A DNA stretch of 64,000 nt, from the NCBI GenBank assembly GCA_951406725.2, contig OX597835.1, positions 14,198,001 through 14,262,000 of the forward strand, in the 5' to 3' direction. Shown here piece after piece: positions 59,801 to 64,000 of this stretch. Source of the DNA: Octopus vulgaris. Taxonomy: Eukaryota. The translations under genes were made by a program, and so were the position numbers. The first letter of the stretch is position 1. Each line of letters begins with the position of its first letter. The notes beneath the pieces are model-generated. The model did not search any database, was not told where the DNA came from, and worked only from the letters and a program-made list of their open reading frames with translations.

Positions 59801-62800
59801 TATATACAAATTATATATATGTATATGAATATATACAAATTATATATATGTATATGAATATATACAAATTATATATATGTATATGAATATATACAAATTA
59901 TATATATGTATATGAATATATACAAATTATATATATGTATATGAATATATACAAATTATATATATGTATATGAATATATACAAATTATATATATGTATAT
60001 GAATATATACAAATTATATATATGTATATGAATATATACAAATTATATATATGTATATGAATATATACAAATTATATATATGTATATGAATATATACAAA
60101 TTATATATATGTATATGAATATATACAAATTATATATATGTATATGAATATATACAAATTATATATATGTATATGAATATATACAAATTATATATATGTA
60201 TATGAATATATACAAATTATATATATGTATATGAATATATACAAATTATATATATGTATATGAATATATACAAATTATATATATGTATATGAATATATAC
60301 AAATTATATATATGTATATGAATATATACAAATTATATATATGTATATGAATATATACAAATTATATATATGTATATGAATATATACAAATTATATATAT
60401 GTATATGAATATATACAAATTATATATATGTATATGAATATATACAAATTATATATATGTATATGAATATATACAAATTATATATATGTATATGAATATA
60501 TACAAATTATATATATGTATATGAATATATACAAATTATATATATGTATATGAATATATACAAATTATATATATGTATATGAATATATACAAATTATATA
60601 TATGTATATGAATATATACAAATTATATATATGTATATGAATATATACAAATTATATATATGTATATGAATATATACAAATTATATATATGTATATGAAT
60701 ATATACAAATTATATATATGTATATGAATATATACAAATTATATATATGTATATGAATATATACAAATTATATATATGTATATGAATATATACAAATTAT
60801 ATATATGTATATGAATATATACAAATTATATATATGTATATGAATATATACAAATTATATATATGTATATGAATATATACAAATTATATATATGTATATG
60901 AATATATACAAATTATATATATGTATATGAATATATACAAATTATATATATGTATATGAATATATACAAATTATATATATGTATATGAATATATACAAAT
61001 TATATATATGTATATGAATATATACAAATTATATATATGTATATGAATATATACAAATTATATATATGTATATGAATATATACAAATTATATATATGTAT
61101 ATGAATATATACAAATTATATATATGTATATGAATATATACAAATTATATATATGTATATGAATATATACAAATTATATATATGTATATGAATATATACA
61201 AATTATATATATGTATATGAATATATACAAATTATATATATGTATATGAATATATACAAATTATATATATGTATATGAATATATACAAATTATATATATG
61301 TATATGAATATATACAAATTATATATATGTATATGAATATATACAAATTATATATATGTATATGAATATATACAAATTATATATATGTATATGAATATAT
61401 ACAAATTATATATATGTATATGAATATATACAAATTATATATATGTATATGAATATATACAAATTATATATATGTATATGAATATATACAAATTATATAT
61501 ATGTATATGAATATATACAAATTATATATATGTATATGAATATATACAAATTATATATATGTATATGAATATATACAAATTATATATATGTATATGAATA
61601 TATACAAATTATATATATGTATATGAATATATACAAATTATATATATGTATATGAATATATACAAATTATATATATGTATATGAATATATACAAATTATA
61701 TATATGTATATGAATATATACAAATTATATATATGTATATGAATATATACAAATTATATATATGTATATGAATATATACAAATTATATATATGTATATGA
61801 ATATATACAAATTATATATATGTATATGAATATATACAAATTATATATATGTATATGAATATATACAAATTATATATATGTATATGAATATATACAAATT
61901 ATATATATGTATATGAATATATACAAATTATATATATGTATATGAATATATACAAATTATATATATGTATATGAATATATACAAATTATATATATGTATA
62001 TGAATATATACAAATTATATATATGTATATGAATATATACAAATTATATATATGTATATGAATATATACAAATTATATATATGTATATGAATATATACAA
62101 ATTATATATATGTATATGAATATATACAAATTATATATATGTATATGAATATATACAAATTATATATATGTATATGAATATATACAAATTATATATATGT
62201 ATATGAATATATACAAATTATATATATGTATATGAATATATACAAATTATATATATGTATATGAATATATACAAATTATATATATGTATATGAATATATA
62301 CAAATTATATATATGTATATGAATATATACAAATTATATATATGTATATGAATATATACAAATTATATATATGTATATGAATATATACAAATTATATATA
62401 TGTATATGAATATATACAAATTATATATATGTATATGAATATATACAAATTATATATATGTATATGAATATATACAAATTATATATATGTATATGAATAT
62501 ATACAAATTATATATATGTATATGAATATATACAAATTATATATATGTATATGAATATATACAAATTATATATATGTATATGAATATATACAAATTATAT
62601 ATATGTATATGAATATATACAAATTATATATATGTATATGAATATATACAAATTATATATATGTATATGAATATATACAAATTATATATATGTATATGAA
62701 TATATACAAATTATATATATGTATATGAATATATACAAATTATATATATGTATATGAATATATACAAATTATATATATGTATATGAATATATACAAATTA

Positions 62801-64000
62801 TATATATGTATATGAATATATACAAATTATATATATGTATATGAATATATACAAATTATATATATGTATATGAATATATACAAATTATATATATGTATAT
62901 GAATATATACAAATTATATATATGTATATGAATATATACAAATTATATATATGTATATGAATATATACAAATTATATATATGTATATGAATATATACAAA
63001 TTATATATATGTATATGAATATATACAAATTATATATATGTATATGAATATATACAAATTATATATATGTATATGAATATATACAAATTATATATATGTA
63101 TATGAATATATACAAATTATATATATGTATATGAATATATACAAATTATATATATGTATATGAATATATACAAATTATATATATGTATATGAATATATAC
63201 AAATTATATATATGTATATGAATATATACAAATTACATATAAGTATATGAATATATACAAATTACATATAAGTATATGAATATATACAAATTTTATATAT
63301 GTATATGAATATATACAGATTATTTATATGTATATGTAGATATACAAATTACATATATGTATATCAATATATACAAATTTTATATATGTATATGAATATA
63401 TACAAATTATATATATGTATATGAATATATACAAATTATATATATGAATATATACAAATTATATATATGAATATATACAAATTATATATATGAATATATA
63501 CAAATTATATATATGAATATATACAAATTATATATATGAATATATACAAATTATATATATGAATATATACAAATTATATATATGAATATATACAAATTAT
63601 ATATATGAATATATACAAATTATATATATGAATATATACAAATTATATATATGAATATATACAAATTATATATATGAATATATACAAATTATATATATGA
63701 ATATATACAAATTATATATATGAATATATACAAATTATATATATGAATATATACAAATTATATATATGAATATATACAAATTATATATATGAATATATAC
63801 AAATTATATATATGAATATATACAAATTATATATATGAATATATACAAATTATATATATGAATATATACAAATTATATATATGAATATATACAAATTATA
63901 TATATGAATATATACAAATTATATATATGAATATATACAAATTATATATATGAATATATACAAATTATATATATGAATATATACAAATTATATATATGAA
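56884..64000. repeat. AT-rich 29-bp satellite (homogeneous ~58550-63230) switching to a 23-bp deletion variant after ~63425
   Basis: Unit TATGAATATATACAAATTATATATATGTA; the terminal unit lacks 6 bp; divergent 29-mers at 56884-57450. Confidence 0.97.

Overview
Eukaryotic, AT-rich, repeat-dense DNA with no recognisable host protein-coding gene. The SINE and microsatellite content looks cephalopod/octopus-like (inference). The core feature is a ~24.4 kb nested cluster of target-specific non-LTR retrotransposons at 26291-50734. It holds four head-to-tail, near-identical full-length L1/Tx1-type LINEs (family A: ORF1 with a CCHC knuckle, ORF2 with APE+RT+C-terminal Zn motif), each bounded by the same 17-bp sequence TCACCATATAGTGCCTT. 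Two tandem copies of a divergent ORF1-only (HAL1-like) element (family B) follow, flanked by their own 18-bp TSD that overlaps the A target and is shifted 12 bp. A, B and a self-nested tRNA-derived SINE array at 18735-19855 share a 3' tail (GCCCCTT(A)GTGGGTA(A/G)TAA..GAA), which suggests a three-tier retrotransposon system. Also present: a mirrored hammerhead-like motif in a Penelope-like inverted repeat, several Merlin-type elements (GG..CC ends, 8-bp TSDs), Tc1/mariner relics, Helentron/Helitron-like elements, many SINEs and several satellites. The window start is duplicated ~54 kb downstream, there is a 100-N gap, and one segment is probably mis-assembled. All coordinates were read by eye and no database searches were run.
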